The notes beneath the pieces were generated by a model. The model did not search any database. It saw nothing but the letters and a program-made list of their open reading frames with translations, and was not told the origin of the DNA. Of a stretch of DNA of 64,000 bases, positions 17,634 to 26,763 are shown in pieces. Positions within the stretch are counted from its first letter, which is position 1, and each line of letters starts with the position of its first letter. A program made the translations under genes and the position numbers. Source of the DNA: Bryobacterales bacterium (GTDB lineage: Bacteria; Acidobacteriota; Terriglobia; Bryobacterales; UBA6623); contig OY729428.2 of NCBI GenBank assembly GCA_963422375.2, positions 1 through 64,000 of the forward strand, in the 5' to 3' direction.

Positions 17634-19169
17634 TCAGAACACGCGTACAAAGCCGCCCTCGACCCTGTAGCGCCTGTACTCGTATAGCGTGAGGTTGGAG
17701 TCGCGGTCCTCGCGAATCACCGACACGGACGGAGAGAATCCCTTGATCTGGATCAGTCGGTTGAAGACCGCGAGGCGCGAGAACCACATCTGGGTGGACG
17801 GGGGATCGGGGCTGAATAGGCGGTTCGGCTCTTGGAAGAACGTCGTGAAGTACTGCTGGGCTGCGGTTACCGAGAAGCCGAGAGGCAGGTCGTAGGTCGC
17901 CATGAGCCCGCCCCACCGAGAGCGGTGCCGCGTGGTGACCCGGTCGGTGTTCTCGCGACCCACGCCTCCCATGAAGCGGAGCGAGAGCGACGGGAACAGC
18001 TGGTAGCTCAGGAAGCTCTGGCCGTTCCAGCTGAGGCCCGGCTTGCCGAGCGGCCCTTCCATCGTCATCGCGGTTTGACGGGAGGCTTCGGCGCTGCCGC
18101 CGACGTAGATGCGGGGCATCAGCACGCGCACGCCTTCCACGCGCAGGCCGTACTGGCGGCTGTAGGGCCGTCCGTTCACGGCGCGGCTGTCCGCCTGGAA
18201 GAGCACGCTGAACTGGCCGCCGCGGCTGATGAAGCGGGGGCCGGCGTAGATCCCGTAGTTGGAGTCGTCGAAATCACCGCCCGAATAGTCCCGTCGATAA
18301 ATCGAGCCGCCCACCCGCAGGCGCGTGGCCGAATTGGGGAACAGCCTAAGCCACGGCAGCGGCCGCTGGATCTCGGCCCCGGCGACGCCCACGACGCCGA
18401 TGCCGCTGGTCTGGCGCGCCGCTTCGTCCAGCTGGAACGGCAGACCGAAGATGCTGACGGTCTGCGCCGACGTGGCGGTGTTCACGTTGGTGTCCGGCGC
18501 GAGCGACAGGCTGAGACTCCCGGTGGCGCGCTTGCGCGCCCGGCAGATCTGGATGAACCGCCGGATGTTCATGACGACTTGGGGCGGCACATCCTGGCCG
18601 ACCACTCGCAAGAAGTGCTGCTCGGAGGCCCAGCAGTCGTCGCCCAGCAGGTGCTTGACGAGGTTTTTCGGGGGCGCGGTGCAGTTCCCGCGGGAGAAGA
18701 GCGCCCGCGCCAGCTCGAGGCGCACGCGCATCCGATTCGGGTCCTTGACCAGCATGCCCCGGAAGGACCGGATCGCGAGGTCGTAGTTGCCTTTCACATC
18801 GCTGTCCTTGCGATTGATGCCTGCTCGGACAGCGGCGTCACCGGCGGCTAGAGCGGCCAGTCCCATGGAGAAGGTGGCCTGCTCGACGTCCGGCCTCGCC
18901 TGGGCGACGGGGCGGATGACCAGCAGCGCGTCCAGAGTGCGACCCTGATCGAGCAGCCGCTCGGCGGCGGCCAGAGCAGCGGCGACCTGCTCGTCGGTCG
19001 GCGCGTTGGGATCGACTTGGGCCGCCAGGGGCAGGCCTGGCAGCAGGAGAGCCGTCGCGACCACTACGAGGGCCGGGAAGGCTGGGCGGAGGAAAGCGCC
19101 GCAATGGCGCGTGGCTTTGGCAGCCCTCCGACGGAACGCCGGGAGGCTTGGCAGGGAGTCTAGTAGCAT
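17634..19169 (-). CDS. Surface lipoprotein assembly modifier (Slam/DUF560, type XI secretion) family protein
   Basis: TPR-like N-terminus with DPNRMRVRLELARALF, barrel start SLSLAPDTNVN, C-terminal DSNLTLYEYRRYRVEGGFVRVF. Confidence 0.75.
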   Translation of the reverse strand: MLLDSLPSLPAFRRRAAKATRHCGAFLRPAFPALVVVATALLLPGLPLAAQVDPNAPTDEQVAAALAAAERLLDQGRTLDALLVIRPVAQARPDVEQATFSMGLAALAAGDAAVRAGINRKDSDVKGNYDLAIRSFRGMLVKDPNRMRVRLELARALFSRGNCTAPPKNLVKHLLGDDCWASEQHFLRVVGQDVPPQVVMNIRRFIQICRARKRATGSLSLSLAPDTNVNTATSAQTVSIFGLPFQLDEAARQTSGIGVVGVAGAEIQRPLPWLRLFPNSATRLRVGGSIYRRDYSGGDFDDSNYGIYAGPRFISRGGQFSVLFQADSRAVNGRPYSRQYGLRVEGVRVLMPRIYVGGSAEASRQTAMTMEGPLGKPGLSWNGQSFLSYQLFPSLSLRFMGGVGRENTDRVTTRHRSRWGGLMATYDLPLGFSVTAAQQYFTTFFQEPNRLFSPDPPSTQMWFSRLAVFNRLIQIKGFSPSVSVIREDRDSNLTLYEYRRYRVEGGFVRVF

Positions 19170-19711
19170 GGAAAGGCTAGACGTGCTAGTCGTTGGCTAG
19201 TGCCCGCCGAGGGCGGGCGGCAACGTGGCGCTAGGCTCTCGCGCTCCCTGAAAGCGCCGGGCCGTCCGGCGCGCTGCGAACTGTGTGCATAATTGTTGCT
19301 TCTCCTTCGGGATGGCTCGGGGCATTCCCGGCAGGCTCCCACCCCTACCAGTGCGTCCAAGCCATCGTGTTGCGTGCTGACAATTCTGAGTATAGCCCGA
19401 CACGGCGCACCTAGGAGGCGAGTAGACTCGTCCCCTTGGCGCAGCCGACAGGGCCTGACGTGCCGCCGACAGGATGCAAGCCACGGGCCACGGAGTCCGG
19501 GCCGCGATCTGCAGGTGCCGAGCGGTTGCTCGTCCAATAGATTGGACGCACGGACAGGGTTCGCCGTGACGCAAAGGTCTACCGAAATCCGCGGAGATCC
19601 CCGCGGCTGATTCCGAGCGGACGAGCGCACCTGCTGGGCCCGGCCGCGACCGTGATCGCGGTTCGAATATGCGCGACGGGGGGCGCGGCCTTCGGACCGC
19701 TAGGTCGCAAC

Positions 19712-20836
19712 CTATAGCTCGGGCCCGGAGCCTCGGTCCCTCCGCGCCGAGCGCGCTGGCCCGGCGGGAACTGACCCGCCCCTGCCTAGGCGGTCCGCGA
19801 TCTCCCGCTCGCCCAAACGGGACGTCTCTGGGGACGGGTTCCCGGGGCTGGGCCCCGGCGCGTCAGGCTCCCCGGGCTCTCGCGGGTCCTCGCGGCCTTC
19901 GACCCGGACGCGATCCCGGTCCAAGACGTAGTCGCTCATTTCCTGCGCGTCTCGGGAGGCCCTGTAGATTTCGCGGGGATCGTCTCGCAGCAGCTCGATC
20001 CACGACCCGACGTAGGAGGCGTGCCGCGAGGAGTCGTGGCCGACGTTCAAGCGGTCTCCCGTCATCATCGCGCTGATTTCGGCGCGCAGCTCCTCGCGGG
20101 CGTACTCCGCGGAATTGGTTCCGTCGGCGACGCCGCGGGTGAGGGTATGCCGGTTGAGCCGCGACTCGTGTCCGGTCCAGTGACCCAGCTCGTGGAGGGC
20201 GGTCTGGTAGTAGCTGGGGCCGCTGGGGAACTGCTCCCGGAAGGGCAGCACGATGCGGTCCCGGTCGAGGTCGTAGTAGGCCCGGTTCGAGCCGGTGTGG
20301 GAGATCACCGCTCCCGACTCCCTGAGAACGCGCTCCGCTCCGCCGTGGGCCTCCCACGCGGGCTTGTCGGCGGGCGTCGCACCCCGGGGCAGACCGTCGC
20401 ACTGCTCGGCGTTGAAGACCGTGTACCGGTAGACGCGGGGATTGTCGAGCGTGCGGGTCTCGTGGACGGGCTCGCCCTTGGCGTCAAGGACCGGTCGGCC
20501 CTCGCGGTCGCGGGCGAGCCGCTTGGTCTCGAACTGCCAGAAGAGGATCGGGCAGCCCTTTTCGCCGCGGCGGACGTGCCCCCCGAGGCTCTTGACCTGC
20601 TTGAACGTGCCCCACCGCTCGTCGCTGAAACCGCGCCGCTGGGCGGTGCTTGCGAGCCACACGGAGTTGCCTCCCCGGTAGCGCTTGCCCGTGCGGACGT
20701 TGGCCGGCATGGCCCTCTCGCCGGGCTTCCAGGCCTGCGTCCACGGCGCGGTGCCGCGACGGATCTGCCCAATCAGCGAGTCGGCCACCTGGCGGAAGTA
20801 GTCATCGACCTTGTCCGAGCGGTCCCTTCTAGCCAT
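19712..20836 (-). CDS. ardC: ArdC-family antirestriction / ssDNA-binding protein (DUF1738 + zincin-like MPTase)
   Basis: GTAPWTQAW, PANVRTGKRYRGGN, WGTFKQ...GGHVRRGEKG, YTVFNAEQ, AYY...DRIVLP, HELGHWTGH, YAREELRAE, HASYVGSW. Confidence 0.9.
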   Translation of the reverse strand: MARRDRSDKVDDYFRQVADSLIGQIRRGTAPWTQAWKPGERAMPANVRTGKRYRGGNSVWLASTAQRRGFSDERWGTFKQVKSLGGHVRRGEKGCPILFWQFETKRLARDREGRPVLDAKGEPVHETRTLDNPRVYRYTVFNAEQCDGLPRGATPADKPAWEAHGGAERVLRESGAVISHTGSNRAYYDLDRDRIVLPFREQFPSGPSYYQTALHELGHWTGHESRLNRHTLTRGVADGTNSAEYAREELRAEISAMMTGDRLNVGHDSSRHASYVGSWIELLRDDPREIYRASRDAQEMSDYVLDRDRVRVEGREDPREPGEPDAPGPSPGNPSPETSRLGEREIADRLGRGGSVPAGPARSARRDRGSGPEL

Positions 20837-20846
20837 CGGCGACTCC

Positions 20847-21023
20847 CTAGCCGTCCCCGAACGAGGACGGGTCCTCCGACGCATCCAAGATGTCGGCGGC
20901 GTCCTCGATGTCGTCGGACCAGGCCCCGAGGGCCTTGGCCGTTTTCAAGTCGGTCTCGGCGATCGCTCCCTGACCGAGGATCCGGCCCACATCCTCGGGC
21001 GCCAGTGCGCGCCGCACTCGCAC
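20847..21023 (-). CDS. Small acidic hypothetical protein in the conjugative-relic operon
   Basis: Protein-like composition (ALAPEDVGRILGQGAIAETDLKTAKALGAWSDDIEDAADIL); fills the gap between the ATPase and ardC; start uncertain. Confidence 0.4.
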   Translation of the reverse strand: MRVRRALAPEDVGRILGQGAIAETDLKTAKALGAWSDDIEDAADILDASEDPSSFGDG

Positions 21024-21064
21024 CGTGCGCCGGCTCGGTAGCCTGAGAACGCTGTCCGGGCGGT

Positions 21065-22075
21065 TCACGCTCGGCTCCCTGATTCCGGAGCCGGGAGGGG
21101 CCGGCTGCCGGAATGCCAAAGCGGCTCGCAGATCCAGCGCCGGGCCGGTCCGTCGTATCGCTCGACCGCCAAGACCTCTGCCAGCCGCCTCCGGCCGTCG
21201 CGGCGCTCGAGGTGGAGGACTAAGTCAATGACGTCGCCGAGCAGGTCCTGTATCGCCTCGTAAGGCAGGCCCACGCCGGCCTGTAGCGCGCAAGACGCGC
21301 AGCGCTTCAGCGCCTTGCGGGCCGAGCTGGCGTGGATCGTCGAAAGCGAGCCGTCGTGGCCGGTGTTCAGCGCCTGGAGCAGGTCCCATGCCTCCCCTCC
21401 GCGGACCTCTCCCACGACAATGCGGTCCGGCCTGTGGCGCAGCGCCGCCCTGACCAAGTCGCGCACGGTAATGCCGGGAGCGTCTTCGGTGGCCCGGCGC
21501 GCCGCGAAGCGCACGAGATTCGGGTGCTCCAAGGGCAGCTCGACCGTGTCTTCGATTACGATCACCCGCTCGCTTCCGGGGATCATGGCGGCGACCGCCG
21601 CCAGGAGCGTTGTCTTGCCGCTTCCCGTGCCGCCGCTCACCAAGATGCTGCGGCGGCCTGCCACGGCGGCGCGCACGACCGCAGCGGCCTCGGGCGGGAC
21701 GCTTCCTATGCGGGCGAGATCCTCGAGCGACAGCCGGCGCGTGCCGAACTTCCGCACCGTCAGGACGGGCCCTCCGAAGCTGCAAGGGGGCAGAGCGGCA
21801 GCGATGCGCGAGCCGTCGGGAAGACGCGCGTCCAGCAGGGGTCGCTCGTCGCTGATGTCGTCGCCCAAGCCCCGCGCGATGGCCACGGCAGCGCGACGGA
21901 CCTGCAGCGGCTCGAGCCGCAGCCCGGGCACCAGCTCAAGCGCTCCGGCGCGCTCGACGAAGACCGAATCGGGGTTGATCATCACTTCCGAGACGGAATC
22001 GTCCTCCAACAGCCCCATGACGGGCCCGAGGAACGGAGCGATCAGGCGGAAGGCAGGCCGGTCCCTCAATCTCAC
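21065..22075 (-). CDS. VirB11/TrbB/CpaF-family secretion ATPase
   Basis: GGAGG RBS before GTG at 22075. LLEDDSVSEVMIN, DARLPDGSR, Walker A GGTGSGKTT, IEDTVEL, LRHRPDRIVVGEVRG, NTGHDGSLSTIHA. Confidence 0.9.
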   Translation of the reverse strand: MRLRDRPAFRLIAPFLGPVMGLLEDDSVSEVMINPDSVFVERAGALELVPGLRLEPLQVRRAAVAIARGLGDDISDERPLLDARLPDGSRIAAALPPCSFGGPVLTVRKFGTRRLSLEDLARIGSVPPEAAAVVRAAVAGRRSILVSGGTGSGKTTLLAAVAAMIPGSERVIVIEDTVELPLEHPNLVRFAARRATEDAPGITVRDLVRAALRHRPDRIVVGEVRGGEAWDLLQALNTGHDGSLSTIHASSARKALKRCASCALQAGVGLPYEAIQDLLGDVIDLVLHLERRDGRRRLAEVLAVERYDGPARRWICEPLWHSGSRPLPAPESGSRA

Positions 22076-22611
22076 GGCAGGGTCCTCCCGGCGAGTAGGC
22101 AAGCTGCCACGGGCCGCCGCGGGCGGCGCTCCGAGACGCAAGGTGGACACGTTCGGCAACAGGGGACCATCTCGCGCGCCACGGTCGGGCCGGCCCCTAC
22201 GGCCGAAGGCGGGGCCGCAGCAGCCCCGCCCGCGAGCCGCGGCGCAGGCGACTCCCGGGCAGCTCGACGATGCAGCACCGCGCGCGACACCGACGAGACA
22301 AGGAAGGCCGACGCGCAAGCGGCCCCGATCCAGAGTCCGATGCAACCCCACCGGAGCAGGTCGTAAAGGAACGGCGCGGCAACGGCGAGCAACGCCAGAT
22401 CCGGATCAGTGGCGGAGAACGGGTCGAGCCACTGACACGCTGCGGCACCGCACGCGACCGCGACGTACCCCGAGGGCCCGATCGGGGCGGCACACAACCG
22501 AGCGCAGGCTGCCGGGCGGGCTTCCGCTGGCTCGCGACTCAGGGCTTGGACCTCCCCCGGCGTGACTGGAACGGCCGGCAGGCTGCCACCCCGCGAGCGA
22601 AATGACTTCAT
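22072..22611 (-). pseudogene. Probable truncated N-terminal membrane anchor of a VirD4/TraD-like coupling protein
   Basis: Two hydrophobic segments around PFSATDPDLALLAVAAPFLYDLLRWG; no ATPase domain; directly upstream of the VirB11-like gene. Family assignment is from recollection of similar N-termini. Confidence 0.4.
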
Positions 22612-23029
22612 ATAGCTCAGAATATCTCTATAGAGATCCGCCTGTCAATGAATCTATGGATTATACCTGTATTTTATTCGTATGATTTTCTATCATACCC
22701 TAGGCCAAGCCCGCCTGAGGACCTCTGTGTCCCGTCCGCTGCCCTGCGGCCAAGCCAGTTCGAAGGACAGGGGGCGGAACGCAGCGCCCGGCCCGCGCCG
22801 CGACAGGAGCAGGCCGCAGAGGAGCGCCCGCGGGTCGTCCGACCACCGCCCATGAACGGGAGACCAGGCCTGCACGGTGGCGGGGAGGGAGGAACCTGCG
22901 CGGCCCATCCCTGATGGCGGACCGCCCAGCGCTTCAACCCTCGAGGCTCAGCAAGCCGAGACGCGAGGAGCAACCGACCCGCCTCGTCGAGGCAGCCGCC
23001 CCGGACATTAGGGCATCACGCAATCATCT

Positions 23030-23268
23030 GTAGCCGAGTTGCGCAGCAGATCATCACCCGAGTGGCAAACTCCGACCCACTGCACCGCTTGCCATAGCGG
23101 TGTCCAGTTCGATCAGGACCCGAGCCAAGCGCTGAAGCGTGGCTCGATGCCATCGCCGAATCGCAGCTTCGCCACCCGCACGAGGAAGTCGCGGAGCTCT
23201 TCCAAGGCCATCTGGCGCCCTTCCTCACAGCCTTCCCTGAAACCCTCCTCGTATGACTGCTTTTACCA
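23030..23268 (-). pseudogene. Rpn/YhgA-like nuclease, C-terminal fragment
   Basis: Manual translation KQSYEEGFREGCEEGRQMALEELRDFLVRVAKLRFGDG...*...WVGVCHSGDDLLR; cut at the IS boundary 23269. Confidence 0.65.
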
Positions 23269-24794
23269 GAGCCTTTTGCAAAAATCCCGAGCTCATAGCA
23301 TTATCATTTAGTTAGTCTATTAAGTATTCGATATAATCAATGGAATAGAACTGTAGTAAATGTAGTTTTAATGGCTTATCATGCGTTTTGAGTTTCCTGG
23401 AAATCCCTTGCCATCCGTGCTATTATTGTAATGCAAGCCTAGTAAACAGCTGGCAGGATTCAACGAATATGTCCTTGATAGAAACCGTATCCGCGTACTG
23501 GTTCACGTTCCAGCAGGGGCTGTTCCCCTGGCTCGAGCAGGAACTCGGCCCCTCGGCGAGCGCTACCGCAGCTTCGTCCAAGCGGTGGAACTGGCGCAGG
23601 TCGAGGACTGCCTGCCCGTCGGGCAGGGCGGCCGCGGCCGCCCCCTCGCAAGCCGCGCCGCCATGGCGCGCGCCTTCATCGCCAAGGCCGTCTTCGACCA
23701 GCCCACTACGCGCTCGCCGGTCGAGCGCCTGCAGACCGATCGCACCCTGCGCCGACTGTGCGGCCGGGACCTGGCCGGGGCCGTGCCCGGCGAGGCAACC
23801 TTCTCGCGCGCCTGCGCCGAGTTCGCCGCCGGCGAACTGCCCGGACGCTTGCACGAGGCGCTGCTCGCGCGGACGCTCGACGGCCGCTTGGCAGGGCACG
23901 TCTCCCGCGACTCGACCGCCATCGAGGGTCGCGAGCGGCCCGCCGGGAAGCCCGCGCCGGAACGCAAGCGCCCTCGCAAGGGCGAGCAGCGGCCGCCCGC
24001 TCCGCGCCGACTGGCGCGGCAGCCCGACATGAATCTCGAAGCAATGCTGCACGACCTGCCGCAGGACTGCGATACCGGCACCAAGCGCAACGCCAAGGGC
24101 CGTACCGTCAGCTGGCGCGGCTACAAGCTGCATATCGACGCGATCGACGGCGGGATCCCGGTCAGCTGCCTGCTCACCGCGGCTTCGCTGCACGACAGCC
24201 AGGCCGCGATCCCGCTGGCGACACGGACCGCGAGCCGCGTCGACAACCTGTACGACCGGATGGACAGCGCGTACGACGCGGCCGGGATCCGGGCCTTCAG
24301 CGAGCGGCTCGGGCACGTGCCGCTCATTGATGTCAACCCGCGCGGCCGGACGGAGCTGCAGGCGGATCTGGCACGGGAGGCCAAGGCGCTGCGCAGCGCC
24401 GGGCGGGCGGAGCCCGCCAAGCTGCGCTACCGCGAGCGCTCGACGGTGGAGCGTGTCAACGGCCGCCTGAAGGACGATTTCGGCGGGCGCCGCGTGCGCG
24501 TCCGCGGCCACGGCAAGGTGCTGTGCCACCTCCTGTTCGGCGTGCTCGCGCTGACGGTCGAGCAGCTCCTGCGCCTGGCGCTCCGAGAGCCCGGGCCGCC
24601 GGGACAGCCGCGAAGAGCGCCCGCCCGCAGGGCCGGGCCGGGAGAGCTGCGCCTGCACGGGGCCGATCCCCGCAGGAGCGCCCCGCAGCCGAGCAAGCCC
24701 AGCTGAAGGGAGTCTTTTTCGGCGAGAATAACAGCCCGGAAACTAGTCGTTCATGGGGCGGTCAGCCCTCTTTTCTGAATTTTGCAAAAGGCTC
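23269..24794 (+). mobile_element. IS5/IS1182-like element, copy 2 (no TSD)
   Basis: Same TIRs as 3828-6684; flanks ACCA / TATG do not match. Confidence 0.9.
23469..24706 (+). pseudogene. IS5/IS1182-like transposase, frameshifted
   Basis: One C is missing in the run at ~23549-23552 relative to copy 1. Also a 6-residue shorter basic linker (RKRPRK vs RKPKRKRGRPRK). Confidence 0.85.
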
Positions 24795-26099
24795 TATGTT
24801 CTGAGTTTTGTGTTCTCATCATCCGATGAGACGCAATCTTGAACTCGAAGCGACAATTGTTGAGCAGTACGCGGCGGTCGAAGCGTTTCTCGACGAGCGC
24901 GGGCGTCGGCTATGGGCGGCGACGGAGTCGCGTGCCATCGGGTATGGGGGAGATGCGCTGGTATCGGACGCGACTGGGTTGTCGCGCCCGACCATCCGCG
25001 CCATCCGCGCGGGGCGTCGAGAGCTGGAATCCGGCAGTGTTGAACGCGGTCGGATACGCCGCCCGGGCGCCGAGCGGCCCGGCATCGAGCAGTCGCGGCC
25101 GGGCATCGAGCAAGCGCTGGAGAAGCTGGTGGACCCGTTGACGCGCGGTGACCCGGAGTCGCCGTTGCGCTGGACATGCAAGAGTCGGGCGAAGCTCACC
25201 GCGGCGTTGTCGCAGGCGGCGTTGTCGCAGGCGGGTTGGCAGGTGAGTTCGACGACGGCGAGCGGTTCACTGCACGAGCTTGGCTGCAGCCTGCAATCGG
25301 TGCGCAAGAGTCTCGAAGGGACAACCCGCCCCGACCGGGACGCGCAGTTCGAGCACATCCATACGAAGGCGGATGATTTCCCGCAACGTTGTCAGCCAGT
25401 GGTCTCGGTCGACACCAAGTCGACACCAAGAAGAAGGAACTGGCGGGTGAATTCAAGAACGGCGGGCGGGCATGGCAACCGCAGGGGAGCCCCGGGAAAT
25501 CACTGGTGCATGATTTTCCCAAGGACTCGTCCGGCAAAGCGATGCCGTATGGCATCCATGACATGGGGCGCAACGAAGCCTGGGTGCATGTCGGACGTGA
25601 TCACGACACGCCCGCGTTTGCCGCGGCCTCGCTGCGACGGTGGTGGAACGAGACGGGGAAGCGCCGCTACCCCGAGGCTGGCGAGCTGTTCATCGCTACC
25701 GATGCGGGCGGTAGCAACGGGTATCGCTCTCGCGCCTGGAAGCATCGACTGCAGAAGTTCGCTGACCGGACATGTCTTCGCATCCACGTCAGCCGCTTCC
25801 CGCCGGGGACCAGTCCATGGCATAAGATTGAGCGCCGCCTGTTCTGCCACGTCACGCAGAATTGGCGAGGCAAGCCACTGCGTACATTTGAGACCGTTGT
25901 CGACTTGATCGGCGGTACGCGCACAGCCGCCGGCCTTCGGGTCAAAGCCAAACTTGACAATAGAAAGTACCCGACCGGTGAGGCAGTAACGAAGGCGGAG
26001 ATGGACGCCCTGTCGCTCCATCGGAACGAGTTCCACGGTGATTGGAACTACGAACTACATCCACGATGAAGTTGGAAACTTAATATCGATCAAAGTCCT
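24795..26099 (+). mobile_element. ISAzo13-family element, left end missing; transposase pseudogene 24826-26069
   Basis: LDERGRRLWAATE, TRGDPESPLRWT.KS, SVDTKKKEL, DAGGSNGYR, PPGTSPWHKIERRLF, FHGDWNY. Frameshift from duplication GTCGACACCAA x2 (25408-25429). Right-end position approximate. Confidence 0.85.
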
Positions 26100-26230
26100 T
26101 AGGGCTCCGGGGTCTCCCAGGCGAGGTCCCGCACCCACGGCTCGTCGACGAAGGTCCGCAGCAGGTCGGCCACCACGCCTGGGTCAGCGAACCGGATCTT
26201 GTAGTAGGCATCGTTGAATATGCGAGTCAT
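26100..26230 (-). pseudogene. Rpn/YhgA-like nuclease, N-terminal fragment
   Basis: AGGAGG RBS, then MTRIFNDAYYKIRFADPGVVADLLRTFVDEPWVRDLAWETPEP, cut at the ISAzo13 end. Confidence 0.7.
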
Positions 26231-26763
26231 GCGCCGAGTGCCTCCTGGCCGTCCGGGCGAAGACCGGGCAGTCTCCGAGGTCGTCGCTGCGGTACCGTTA
26301 CCAGCCCTGCCCGACCGACGGCCGACCCGAACCCGTGCCGTCTCGGCACCCTAGCCACAGTCTGCTCCGCCTGGTCATGATCCATCCTCCTCTCGGTCAA
26401 GAAGACATCGTTCCGATGCTCATATTACAATATTCTTATTTTCTTCCTATGTTATTCCTAAATCTGGCAGTTTAATTTCGCTTTTCGGTCTCGGGCCCGG
26501 TCGAGGCCCCGACGCACAGAGCCAGCGATCCCGGGCCCTATGGGCCGACGCCCTGCCCTATCCCACCCGAGGCCGGCGAGCCGTACGAGATCCCGGTCCC
26601 GCATTCGGCAAATGCCGTGAGCACGGCCGCGTACCGGCACTGTCCCTACCGACCAGCTCGGAAATCCGGGAATCCATCAGGTACATCGACGGTCCGTGAC
26701 AACATCGCGACCAATCCTCCGTCACGGAACGGCGGTTTCCGGAGCCAGTGGTAGGGTTGAGGC

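Noticed and set aside
3828..24794. Composite transposon bounded by the two IS5-like copies
   Set aside because: Copy 1 has its own TSD (TGCC) and the outer flanks (TGCC vs TATG) do not match, so the insertions are independent.
26227..26385. 52-codon ORF overlapping the Rpn start
   Set aside because: The RBS abuts the ATG with no spacer and the peptide has no recognisable features.
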